This document shows, piece by piece, positions 20,393 to 29,792 of a stretch of 64,000 nucleotides of DNA (the stretch's first letter is position 1; each line of letters begins with the position of its first letter). A program made the translations under genes and the position numbers. Source of the DNA: Promethearchaeota archaeon (GTDB lineage Archaea; Asgardarchaeota; Lokiarchaeia; Sigyniarchaeales; SOKP01); NCBI GenBank assembly GCA_048941285.1, contig JBHLNS010000006.1:42338-106337 (forward strand), written 5' to 3'. The notes below the pieces were generated by a model. That model worked only from the letters and a program-made list of their open reading frames with translations, did no database searches and was not told the origin of the DNA.

Positions 20393-21355
20393 TTGATCAT
20401 AATCAAGGTGATCCGAGCGATTTCCATATTTAAATTATTGACACCAGAAAATATTTTAAAAGGATTTTCATATGGAGCTTACTTTTTAAAACATAAAATA
20501 AAGAAAATTCCATTTGGAGTAAATTATGATTTAACATGGCAGTGTAATTTAAAATGTAGGCATTGTTATTTCAGGTCTTCTGTCCAAGAGTTGGCTAATT
20601 ATTCAACAAGAAAAATAAAAGATTTAAGTGATGAACAGTGGTTAAAAATTTTTGATTATCACAGTAAATTAGGTATTAAAAGTGCTTCATTAACAGGAGG
20701 AGAGCCTACTCTTAGAATGGAGTTAATACATAAAGCTATAAAAATGTTTCCCTCAGTCCAAATTGCTTCAAATGGCATTATCAAATTACCTTGGTTTGAT
20801 CATCATAAACAACCTATTTATTGGGTCAGCTTAGATGGTGGAGAGGAAATACATAATAATATCAGAGGAGCAAATATATTTCAAAGAGTAATCGAAAATA
20901 TCAAAGAGGATAAGAGAGTCTTAATCTCTACTACTATAACTGCCATAAACTATAAGGATATTGAAAATGTTGTGAATATTGCTTATAATACGGGAGTTTC
21001 AGGTATATTTTTCTTAATGTATACCGGTTATCCTAATGATCCTTTATTAATAAAAGGAGAAAAATTGAAAACGGTAATTCGTAGTATATTAAAGGTTATG
21101 TCAGATTTCGATGATTTTATACTAATTTCCAGGAAAATGCTTGAATTATACATGACTAAAGAATTTATACCTCATTGTATTTTTAAAAGTGGAGGGATTA
21201 AAAGTTATTACCCTAATGGTCAGCGCAAATTCTGTGTCATGGGAAATTCTCCTTTATTATGTGAAAATTGTGGTTGTATTGTACCTGTAGCTTCTTATGC
21301 TCTTTCTAAACTTGATTCTGAAACTGTTGAAAAATTGCAAAAATTCCCTTTTTAA
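20393..21355 (+). CDS. radical SAM protein (start uncertain; possibly ATT at 20420)
   Basis: CNLKCRHC, LTGGEP, SLDG, C-terminal C...C...CENCGC. Confidence 0.88.
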   Translation: MIIIKVIRAISIFKLLTPENILKGFSYGAYFLKHKIKKIPFGVNYDLTWQCNLKCRHCYFRSSVQELANYSTRKIKDLSDEQWLKIFDYHSKLGIKSASLTGGEPTLRMELIHKAIKMFPSVQIASNGIIKLPWFDHHKQPIYWVSLDGGEEIHNNIRGANIFQRVIENIKEDKRVLISTTITAINYKDIENVVNIAYNTGVSGIFFLMYTGYPNDPLLIKGEKLKTVIRSILKVMSDFDDFILISRKMLELYMTKEFIPHCIFKSGGIKSYYPNGQRKFCVMGNSPLLCENCGCIVPVASYALSKLDSETVEKLQKFPF

Positions 21356-21568
21356 TAAATAAAGAAAAAATATAATGATTTGATTTTTGTAATTATATTC
21401 AGATTTAGCAAAAAGCATCTCTGAATCGGATTTTCGAGAATGTTTATTAGGACGAGCTCAGACGACTAAATAAGGCTCTAATAGATGAATAATAATCTTT
21501 CTATTAAATAATAATTAAAAGTTTATATGGATTTACAAGAATAATTGAAATTATTTTTATATTATCTT

Positions 21569-22120
21569 ATGAAAATCATCCAGATCTTTAGTAAAGATTA
21601 TCCAAATAATAAAAAATCAGTATTTACGTATGAATCTGATTATTATTATGATATTAAACTCCAAACAACTAGTAAAAATAGAGGTTGGAGAATATCTATT
21701 CAGAAAAAAAAATTCTATTCTATCTTCAAAAAACAAAAAGAAGAATTAGTATTTAATGATTTTATAAAAGATGCTGATTATTATACTATGGTAAATGAAG
21801 AAGGTGAAGAATATGGTTGGATTTGTATTTCTCACCAGAAATGGAATAACACTGCTAGATTGTGGAACATCGATGTAAAGCAAGACTATAGAAAGCAGGG
21901 TATTGGTAAAAAATTATTAGAATATGGAATATCAAAAGCAAAAGAGTGGAATTGTAGAGCTCTAACTCTAGAATGTCAAAGCTCGAATTTTCCTGCCATT
22001 TCATTTTATCTCCAAAATGATTTCAATTTAACGGGGTTTGATCTTATTGCATATTCAAATCAAGACATTGAAAAGCATGAAGTCAGGTTAGAAATGTCAA
22101 GAATTATCAATTTTAACTAA
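21569..22120 (+). CDS. GNAT N-acetyltransferase (streptothricin acetyltransferase-like)
   Basis: WN..A.L.NIDV...YRKQGIG, LECQSSNFPAISFY...F.L.GFD...Y. Confidence 0.8.
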   Translation: MKIIQIFSKDYPNNKKSVFTYESDYYYDIKLQTTSKNRGWRISIQKKKFYSIFKKQKEELVFNDFIKDADYYTMVNEEGEEYGWICISHQKWNNTARLWNIDVKQDYRKQGIGKKLLEYGISKAKEWNCRALTLECQSSNFPAISFYLQNDFNLTGFDLIAYSNQDIEKHEVRLEMSRIINFN

Positions 22121-22146
22121 GAAGAAAAATAAAATTTAATAATAAT

Positions 22147-23238
22147 TTAACTTATTTCTGGAGGAGGTATAAATACTCTTCTCATTTCGGTTCGTTCTAA
22201 GTTTATTGCGTTCTCAGGGCATAAATGAGCACAAACTCCACAGCCTAAACACCTGTCTTCATTAACAACAGCCACAGTATCAACAACTTCAATAGCCTCA
22301 GCAGCACAACTTTGTTCACAAGTTCCACATGCAGAACATATTTCTTCATCTACATGGGCTAGATGGGAAGTTAAATCCATTAAGGGAATTGCTCCGGTAT
22401 AATGTAGTAGAAATGTACCGCAACAGCATTTACAACAATTACAAATACCATCAAGATCCTTTTCTATATCCAAATTTGTATGAAATGCTTTGTGAACCAG
22501 ACCCTCATCTTCAGCTTTCTTCATTATTTCCATGGTTTCTTCTTTTGAAATTTTTTCCATAAATCCATGTTGAATAAGAAATTCAGCAGTTCTACCAAAA
22601 GAAAAACAGTTTCTTCTTTCTTTTGTTGTTTCACATGGCTCATCAAGAAGATCTTTTTTATGTCTACAATAGCATACCGTCACTCCAATTGTATCATGCA
22701 TCTCAACTAATTTTGAAATTTCTTCCAGGGGCAAAACAACCTCATCTTTTACTACTACTTCTTCTTCAACCGGAACGACTCTATCAAGTGAAGGACCGTT
22801 TTTGAATTCTTGAACCATTTGATCATAATTAGTTTGAGTATCTTGGACTACTTGTTTATATAATCTGGAGTATAATCTTGCCAGATTTTTTGCTCTTTCA
22901 TCAGTCTCGCCACGCATCAAGGTAAATTCAATAATTCCCGGAAGTAAGGGAGTCTTCCGATAAACCATAACTCCTGTACTTCTGCTGGGAATACCAGAAA
23001 TCACACCTATGTTCATTAAATCATTTAACATCTTATTAAGAGACTCATCATCCATATCAGTTAAAGGCTTGATCTCATCAAAATTATATGAAGCCTTTCT
23101 AAGTAATGTAATAAATTTCGCTTGTTCTTCAGTAAGTAGAGTTTGCATTATTTCTATAATGATATCACTTACTCTTATTGGTAACCTTCCCGCTTTTATA
23201 AAATTTCTTGCTACTTTAAACCATAATTTTTCAGACAT
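22147..23238 (-). CDS. 4Fe-4S cluster-binding protein (N-terminal HTH-like, C-terminal ferredoxin)
   Basis: CYCR, ICNCCKCCC, CSACGTCEQSC, CLGCGVCAHLCP. Confidence 0.85.
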   Translation of the reverse strand: MSEKLWFKVARNFIKAGRLPIRVSDIIIEIMQTLLTEEQAKFITLLRKASYNFDEIKPLTDMDDESLNKMLNDLMNIGVISGIPSRSTGVMVYRKTPLLPGIIEFTLMRGETDERAKNLARLYSRLYKQVVQDTQTNYDQMVQEFKNGPSLDRVVPVEEEVVVKDEVVLPLEEISKLVEMHDTIGVTVCYCRHKKDLLDEPCETTKERRNCFSFGRTAEFLIQHGFMEKISKEETMEIMKKAEDEGLVHKAFHTNLDIEKDLDGICNCCKCCCGTFLLHYTGAIPLMDLTSHLAHVDEEICSACGTCEQSCAAEAIEVVDTVAVVNEDRCLGCGVCAHLCPENAINLERTEMRRVFIPPPEIS

Positions 23239-23289
23239 TTTTAACCAGTTTCTCGATTCAGATAATATAATATATTCATTTTATTAATA

Positions 23290-23320
23290 TTCAAAATAGA
23301 ACTATTTGTACTATTTTGAA
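23290..23320. promoter_or_regulatory. inverted-repeat operator candidate between divergent Fe-S and mutase genes
   Basis: TTCAAAATAG-N11-CTATTTTGAA perfect 10-bp arms. Confidence 0.45.
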
Positions 23321-23402
23321 CGATTAAGTATTTTAGTAAATGATTATAATTAAACTTATTAGATTGAATATTCAAATCAAAACAGATCAATGTGATTAAA
23401 TC

Positions 23403-25076
23403 TTGTTTGATAAAAATTATCTTTATAAAATAAAGCAAGAAAAAGAGAAATGGGATGAAAAAATAAAAGGTGCAAAAGAGCGCAATATTAAATTCGTTAC
23501 GGATTCTGATATTCCTATTAAGCAATTATATACACCTTTAGATGTAAAAGGTGATTATTTTGAAAATATTGGCTACCCGGGTTACCCTCCTTATACGAGA
23601 GGTGTTTATCCTTCAATGTATCGAGGAAGACTCTGGACAATGAGACTATTTTCTGGTCATGGAACTCCTGAAGAAACAAATAAGAGATGGAAATTTCTAT
23701 ATGCGAATGGTGAAACTGGTTTTAGTGCCGCTGTAGATGCTTTAACGTTTAATGGAATTGATCCTACTAATAAAGACGGAGCCCCGGAAGTGGGGACATC
23801 TGGTGTACCACTTTATTGTATAGACAGTCTTTTTGCTCTCACTGAAGATATTCCAATAGACAAAATTAGTGTAGCCTTAGTTGTAGAACCTTTTACTTCT
23901 GCTCCCGTTTGCTCAATGTATTTTAACATGGCAAAAATGCGTGGATATGATATTAAACAATTGATGGGAACAACTCAAAATGATATTTTAACAATGACAG
24001 TTGGCTACATCCCATATAAAAATAGTCCCCCTTATCACATTCTTCGATTAGCATGTGATTTTATAGAATGGACAGTCGCACAAAAAAATGTACCAAAATG
24101 GCACCCTATAAACTTTACTGGATATAATTACCGAGAAGGAGGAATCGATGCTGTCCAAGAATTGGGTTTTGTATTTGCAAGTGCTTGTTCTCATATTGAT
24201 AATTTAGTTGAAAGGGGATGGAAAGCTGATGATTTTGTTGGGCGTTTGGCATTTCACTTAGCAGCGCATAAGGACTTTTTTGAAGAGATTGCTAAATTTA
24301 GAGCTGCTCGAAGGATTTGGTATAAATTAATGAAAGATAAGTATGAAGTAAAAGATCCTAGAAATCTGGGTTTTCGATTCCATGTACAAACTGCTGGTTC
24401 TTCTTTAACGGCACAATCACCTAAAATTAATATTGTAAGAACAGCAATTCAAGCCTTAGAAGCAAATTTAGGTGGATGCCAATCATTACACACAAATTCG
24501 TATGATGAAGCTATTTGTTTACCCTCCGAAGAAGCAGCTTTAGTAGCCTTAAGAACTCAACAAGTAATTTCAGATGAAACTAGAATCCATAATACTATAG
24601 ATCCTCTCGCTGGATCTTATTTTATTGAATGGTTAACAGATGAAGTTGAAGAAAGAGTGTGGAAATACATTGATAAAATCCAAAAGGTTGGAACTATTGA
24701 TAAAGCACTCTCCACTGGATTTTTATATAAAGAGATGAGGGACGCTTTTCATAAACGAAGAATGAAAATCGAAAATGGTGATGAAATTATGTTGGGAGTT
24801 AATAAATACCCTGTTCCTTATGACACTGTCACAGACGTTTTTAGAACAAATAAAGAAGCAATAGATATTGAAGTTCGTCGAATTGAAAAGTTAAAAGCTC
24901 GTAGGGATAATGCAAAATTAGAAAAAATCCTTGATAAACTACGGAATGTTTGTGAAAAAGAAGAAAATGTAATGCCAATCGTTATGGAAGCCACAAAGGA
25001 AGGAGCTACATGTGGGGAAGTATGTGACATATACAGGGAAATTTGGGGAACTTGGGACCCTCCCTTAGCAATTTAA
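23403..25076 (+). CDS. B12-dependent acyl-CoA mutase, large subunit (methylmalonyl-CoA mutase family, atypical specificity residues)
   Basis: PYTRGVYPSMYRGRLWTMR, GTTQND, FEEIAKFRAARR, HVQTAG, QSLHTNSYDEA, DPLAGSYFIE. Confidence 0.93.
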   Translation: MFDKNYLYKIKQEKEKWDEKIKGAKERNIKFVTDSDIPIKQLYTPLDVKGDYFENIGYPGYPPYTRGVYPSMYRGRLWTMRLFSGHGTPEETNKRWKFLYANGETGFSAAVDALTFNGIDPTNKDGAPEVGTSGVPLYCIDSLFALTEDIPIDKISVALVVEPFTSAPVCSMYFNMAKMRGYDIKQLMGTTQNDILTMTVGYIPYKNSPPYHILRLACDFIEWTVAQKNVPKWHPINFTGYNYREGGIDAVQELGFVFASACSHIDNLVERGWKADDFVGRLAFHLAAHKDFFEEIAKFRAARRIWYKLMKDKYEVKDPRNLGFRFHVQTAGSSLTAQSPKINIVRTAIQALEANLGGCQSLHTNSYDEAICLPSEEAALVALRTQQVISDETRIHNTIDPLAGSYFIEWLTDEVEERVWKYIDKIQKVGTIDKALSTGFLYKEMRDAFHKRRMKIENGDEIMLGVNKYPVPYDTVTDVFRTNKEAIDIEVRRIEKLKARRDNAKLEKILDKLRNVCEKEENVMPIVMEATKEGATCGEVCDIYREIWGTWDPPLAI

Positions 25077-25094
25077 TTTACGGAGGTATCAATT

Positions 25095-25493
25095 ATGAGT
25101 GAGAAGAAGATAAGAGTTTTGATGTCTAAACCAGGCATCGATGGACATTGGCGTGGGGGCATAGTTGTATCAAGAGCGATAAGGGATGCAGGGATGGAAC
25201 TCATTTTTGGAGGATTTCAAAATACCCAACAAATTGTTGAGTCTGCTATCCAGGAGGATGTTGATGTAATTGGATTAAGTATTCATTCTGGAGCTCATTT
25301 TGCCTATACACAACAAATTATTGATCTCTTAAGAGAACGTGGTGTACTTGACAATATTATGATATTAGTTGGTGGAGTAGTTCCCGCGAAGGATTTTGCT
25401 AAATTAAAAGAGATGGGTGTTGCTAATGTATATGGCCCAGGGTCAATGACAAGCGATATCGTAGAGTTTATAAGAAAAAACGTAAAAAAATAA
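25095..25493 (+). CDS. cobalamin-binding small subunit of acyl-CoA mutase
   Basis: KPGIDGHWRG (DxHxxG), QEDVDVIGLS, VGG. Confidence 0.93.
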   Translation: MSEKKIRVLMSKPGIDGHWRGGIVVSRAIRDAGMELIFGGFQNTQQIVESAIQEDVDVIGLSIHSGAHFAYTQQIIDLLRERGVLDNIMILVGGVVPAKDFAKLKEMGVANVYGPGSMTSDIVEFIRKNVKK

Positions 25494-25651
25494 GAGAAGT
25501 TAAATCAGCTTTTTTATAATTTTTTTCATTTACCTTTTAATTATCAAGAATTTATTTATTAAACACTATGTCAAAAAATAAAAAAGAAATGTAGCATTTT
25601 TTTTATCAAATTATAATTTTACATCTATTTTTCATTGAGGAATGTATTTCA

Positions 25652-26626
25652 TTGAATGCTTCATATGATATAGAAACTCTCATTAGTAGATTTAAAAAAA
25701 AAGATAAAATTGCCTTAGCAAAATTGATAACACTTATCGAAAATGAACCAGAGAGAGCACATGAAATATTTAAGCATTTTGAAGATATAAATCATGATTC
25801 ATACATTATAGGAATAACAGGTTCTCCTGGGGTCGGAAAAAGTACATTAACAGGCCAAATAACAAAAAATATGTTGAAAGAAGGAAAATCTGTGGGAATT
25901 ATTTGCGTTGATCCTACATCTCCTTTTAGTGGAGGGGCATTTTTGGGTGATAGGGTTCGTATGACAGATATTTCGCTACATCCAAACGTATTTTTACGGA
26001 GTTTAGCATCAAGGGGTTATAAAGGGGGAATCTCAAGAGCAGTTTTTGATATTTGTTTATTATTTGAAGCATATGGAATGGATATAATTATAATTGAGAC
26101 TGTTGGTGTTGGGCAAGCTGAATTTGATATTTATAATCTTGCGTATTCTGTAGTTGTAGTGTTAGTTCCAGGATATGGTGATGCAATTCAAATGCAGAAA
26201 GCAGGGATTATTGAGATTGGTGATATATACAACATAAACAAAAAAGACTTAGGTGGGGAAGATATAGCTGTTCAAATTGAAATGATGCTTGATGATACCG
26301 TATTTCAAAGTGGGTGGAGGCCACCAGTTTCTATGACTGATGCAATTGCAGGGGAGGGAGTAGATGAACTTATCCAGAATATATGGGATCATAAAGAACA
26401 TCTTGAGCTATCAGAAGCTATTAATGAAAAAAAGAAGAATAGATTCACATATAAGATTAGAGAACTAATTTATTCCAAAATTGAAAAACTTGTTTCAGAA
26501 AGCTTTCTTAATGAAAGTGATATTAATGAAATAGTAAATCACGCGGTCGACGATGGAAAATTTAAAATCTACCGCATAATCCATAATAAATTCGAAGATG
26601 TAAATTTCGAAATTAAAAAAAAATAA
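25652..26626 (+). CDS. meaB: MeaB/ArgK-family GTPase chaperone
   Basis: GITGSPGVGKST, VDPTSPFSGGAFLGDRVRM, ETVGVGQ, NKKD. Confidence 0.93.
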   Translation: MNASYDIETLISRFKKKDKIALAKLITLIENEPERAHEIFKHFEDINHDSYIIGITGSPGVGKSTLTGQITKNMLKEGKSVGIICVDPTSPFSGGAFLGDRVRMTDISLHPNVFLRSLASRGYKGGISRAVFDICLLFEAYGMDIIIIETVGVGQAEFDIYNLAYSVVVVLVPGYGDAIQMQKAGIIEIGDIYNINKKDLGGEDIAVQIEMMLDDTVFQSGWRPPVSMTDAIAGEGVDELIQNIWDHKEHLELSEAINEKKKNRFTYKIRELIYSKIEKLVSESFLNESDINEIVNHAVDDGKFKIYRIIHNKFEDVNFEIKKK

Positions 26627-26698
26627 TTAAATTACTTCTTATTATTCAAAGAAGCAAAAATAAATCGAAAACTTACTTAAACTGAATTTTTATTAATT

Positions 26699-27517
26699 AT
26701 GCCAATACTAGGAATAGATTATGAAAAATGTAACAATTGTCAAATTTGCTATTATGTATGCACAGGATATTTTAGACGTGATAAAGAACTAAATAAAATC
26801 GTATTTGAAGATCCTAATAATCTTTGCTATTTATGTGGGCGGTGCATAGCAATGTGTAAAATGGATGCGATTTTGTATGAGAATCTAGGAGACGTAATAA
26901 CATTTGAAGAAGTTCAGGATCCAAGTACTTTAATTCCGTATGAAACTATGCATAAATTTATGAGTGCTAAACGGTCAATTAGAGGTTTTAAAAAGAAAAA
27001 AGTTCCAAGGGTTTTATTAGAAAAAGTCTTAGATACTATGAAATATGCCCCTACGGGAGGCAATATCCGAACATTACAATGTACTATAATTTCTGATGAT
27101 GACAAAATCAAAAAGTTATCAGAATTGGTTATGGATCGAATCATTGCTTCAAATAATCCACGGTATAGTGAAAGAATGAGAAAAGCCAGAGAGCGTGGAA
27201 TAGATAGCATATTTTATAATGCCCCCCATGTAATGATAATACACTCAAGTAATCCAGGAGATGGTATGAATTCCACAATAGCTTTGACCTACGGAATGTT
27301 ATGTGCTCAAACATTAGGACTGGGAACTTGTTGGATTGGATTAGCTCATGGAGTTCTCTCCATGAGTACTCCATGGAGTTTAGAAGCACGTAAGAAAATT
27401 GCGGGGATTGACGGTTTTGTGGGGGGTGTAATTATTATCGGATATCCTACACAAATTTATTATAGAGTACCACCACGCCCAGATATAAAAACTAAGGGTT
27501 TTAATGAACTAGAATAA
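26699..27517 (+). CDS. nitroreductase-family protein with N-terminal ferredoxin
   Basis: CNNCQICYYVC, CYLCGRCIAMC, KRSIRGF, APTGGN, GLGTCWIG. Confidence 0.9.
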   Translation: MPILGIDYEKCNNCQICYYVCTGYFRRDKELNKIVFEDPNNLCYLCGRCIAMCKMDAILYENLGDVITFEEVQDPSTLIPYETMHKFMSAKRSIRGFKKKKVPRVLLEKVLDTMKYAPTGGNIRTLQCTIISDDDKIKKLSELVMDRIIASNNPRYSERMRKARERGIDSIFYNAPHVMIIHSSNPGDGMNSTIALTYGMLCAQTLGLGTCWIGLAHGVLSMSTPWSLEARKKIAGIDGFVGGVIIIGYPTQIYYRVPPRPDIKTKGFNELE

Positions 27518-27553
27518 ATTGGTTAAAACATTTATTAAGATGATAAGAGATTA

Positions 27554-27913
27554 ATGGTTGAATTTTGTCCTGAATGTGGAAATTTATTAAGAAAAAAAAC
27601 CTGTAGATGTGGTTATACAGAACGTGAAACCACAACTGATAAAATATCTTTAATCCAAATGTGGGAACCTCCCTCCCCCAATATCATTTATTGTAAAATA
27701 ACGGCTACTCCATACGAGAAACTTAAGTTAATGTTAAATAAGGGAGTGTATCCCGGAAAATTAAAGGAAATTAAAGAAAAAGTAAGAAATCACCTTTATT
27801 CTTGTGACGATTGTGTGTATTTTCATGAGGAAATATCTCATTGTAAAATAAAAAATAAATACATAAAAGAAGACTCAATTTGTAAGACTTTTGAACCGTA
27901 TGAAAAAATTTAG
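27554..27913 (+). CDS. Cys-rich zinc-ribbon protein (RpoM-like N-terminus)
   Basis: VEFCPECGNLL...CRCGY and C-terminal CDDC...C...C; TATA at 27531. Confidence 0.6.
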   Translation: MVEFCPECGNLLRKKTCRCGYTERETTTDKISLIQMWEPPSPNIIYCKITATPYEKLKLMLNKGVYPGKLKEIKEKVRNHLYSCDDCVYFHEEISHCKIKNKYIKEDSICKTFEPYEKI

Positions 27914-28105
27914 TTCAAGAAGAGCACCTTATTTTTTTTAAGGCTTCTATTAGGATAAGTATTTTAACATAAGATTAAAATTCCTTTCTTGACATCCCTT
28001 TCTATTTATCAAATAAATCTTTAAATAATTTAAAATTCATATAATAATATTCAGTACATAAATTGTGAATAAATCTTTAAATTCTCTCAGAATATCAATT
28101 GAAAG

Positions 28106-28591
28106 GTGGATAATATCACTCAAATAGAAAAATTTCATAATTTGAGTAGAGATCTAAAAGCCAAGAATTTAATTAAGGAAACTAAAATTAGTACTGTTGG
28201 TAGATTAGCCAAAATGCTAGTTGATTTGTTTGGTTCGGATGAAATATTTAAATCAATTGGTAAAGTTGATGGTCAAGAAATTGAAGTATATTTTAAAGCT
28301 ATGGATAAATATTTAACTTTTATTTTAACAACAGATAGAGAAAATTTTGATTGTTATGTTGATAGAGCCAAAAATCCAGTTTCTAGAGTTATAATAGCAG
28401 TTAAAGAAGAAAAGATACTTCAAGTATTCAGTTCGATTGTAAGATCAAAAAACAATTTTTTTGGATTGCTTAAATTGTTGAAATATATAATTCCTGGAAA
28501 AGTAAGGATCAAAGGCTCATATATTACCACTTTAAAATGGGTAAGATGCATAATGATTGGTAATCACAGCGTTTATAAAAATGATAAATGA
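28106..28591 (+). CDS. SCP2 sterol/lipid-carrier-like domain protein
   Basis: C-terminal GKVRIKGS resembles the SCP2 GKlkikGd motif; first gene of the dehydratase operon. Confidence 0.5.
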   Translation: MDNITQIEKFHNLSRDLKAKNLIKETKISTVGRLAKMLVDLFGSDEIFKSIGKVDGQEIEVYFKAMDKYLTFILTTDRENFDCYVDRAKNPVSRVIIAVKEEKILQVFSSIVRSKNNFFGLLKLLKYIIPGKVRIKGSYITTLKWVRCIMIGNHSVYKNDK

Positions 28592-28600
28592 GGTTTAAAT

Positions 28601-29752
28601 ATGAATTTGCAGGACGATCCTTTTCTAAGAATTTCGAACACAATAGTAAATCCATATATAACAGAATGGCAAAAAAACAATAAAAAAATTATAGGTCATT
28701 ATTGTACATATATTCCAGAAGAATTACTATATGCTGCAGATTTATTCCCTTATAGAATTAGAGCAACTGGACATGAATATACGGATTTAGCAGATATCTA
28801 TATGGTAAGATTCACGTGCTCTTTTGTTAGAGCAACTTTGGATATGGCATTAAGAGGTATGTATGATTTTTTAGATGCTCTTTTTATTTGTAATTCTTGT
28901 GATCATTCTAGACGTATGTTTGAATTATTTGATTTAAAAGTATTTCGAAGAGAAGGATTTATGAAGAGAGTTCCAAGATATTATGTTTCTATTCCTCACG
29001 TTATTACAGAAGAAGGTTTTTATTGGTACAAAAGAGAAATTGAAGAATTAAAAGAAAATATTGAGAAAAATTTCATAAAAAAAGCAATTACCAATAAGGC
29101 TCTTCAATCTTCGATAGAAATACATAATGAAAATCGCAGACTCCTTAGAAAAATTCACGAATTACGAATTATTGATGCACCAAAACTTAACGGAACTGAA
29201 GCTCTACAAATATCAATAGCAAACGCCTCAGTTCCAAAAAATATTGCCAATCAAGAGTTGGAACGGATTTATGGTATTTTAAATGAAAAAGAAGGAATAA
29301 ATGGAAATTCTAAAAGAATAATGTTGATTGGCAGTGAAGTTGATGATATATCCTTTACCAAGCTTATTGAGAATTCGGGGGCAATTTTAGTATCTGATTT
29401 CTTATGTTTTGGTACACGGAATTTCTTAGATGATGTAAAAGTAGCTGAGGGGCGTACTCCGCTAGAGAGTATTATAAATAGGGTATATTTCAGAATGTCT
29501 TGCCCTAGAATGATGGATGATCATGTTAGGAGACTAAAATTTTTAAAAAGAGAAATTGATAGAGCAAATGTCGATGGAGTAATATTACAAAGAGTAAATA
29601 ATTGTGATCTTTATGGATGTGAAAATATGATGTTACTTCATGAATTAAGGGAATTAAATATTCCTATTCTGAATATGGATAGAGAATTTTACCAAACTGA
29701 TACCACAAGAATGCAAACAAGAATAGAAGCATTTCTCGAAATGATTTCTTAA
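28601..29752 (+). CDS. 2-hydroxyacyl-CoA dehydratase/benzoyl-CoA reductase family subunit (HgdB/BcrC-like)
   Basis: GHYCTYIPEEL, TCSF, NSCD, LCFGTR, SCPRM, VDGVI..CD, TRIEAFLEM. Confidence 0.88.
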   Translation: MNLQDDPFLRISNTIVNPYITEWQKNNKKIIGHYCTYIPEELLYAADLFPYRIRATGHEYTDLADIYMVRFTCSFVRATLDMALRGMYDFLDALFICNSCDHSRRMFELFDLKVFRREGFMKRVPRYYVSIPHVITEEGFYWYKREIEELKENIEKNFIKKAITNKALQSSIEIHNENRRLLRKIHELRIIDAPKLNGTEALQISIANASVPKNIANQELERIYGILNEKEGINGNSKRIMLIGSEVDDISFTKLIENSGAILVSDFLCFGTRNFLDDVKVAEGRTPLESIINRVYFRMSCPRMMDDHVRRLKFLKREIDRANVDGVILQRVNNCDLYGCENMMLLHELRELNIPILNMDREFYQTDTTRMQTRIEAFLEMIS

Positions 29753-29792
29753 TAAATTCAGATTATAAATTAAGAGTAGGTGGTGAATAATC

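Noticed and set aside
21569-22120. Bona fide streptothricin resistance gene
   Set aside because: Only family-level GNAT similarity and no mobile context; substrate cannot be inferred
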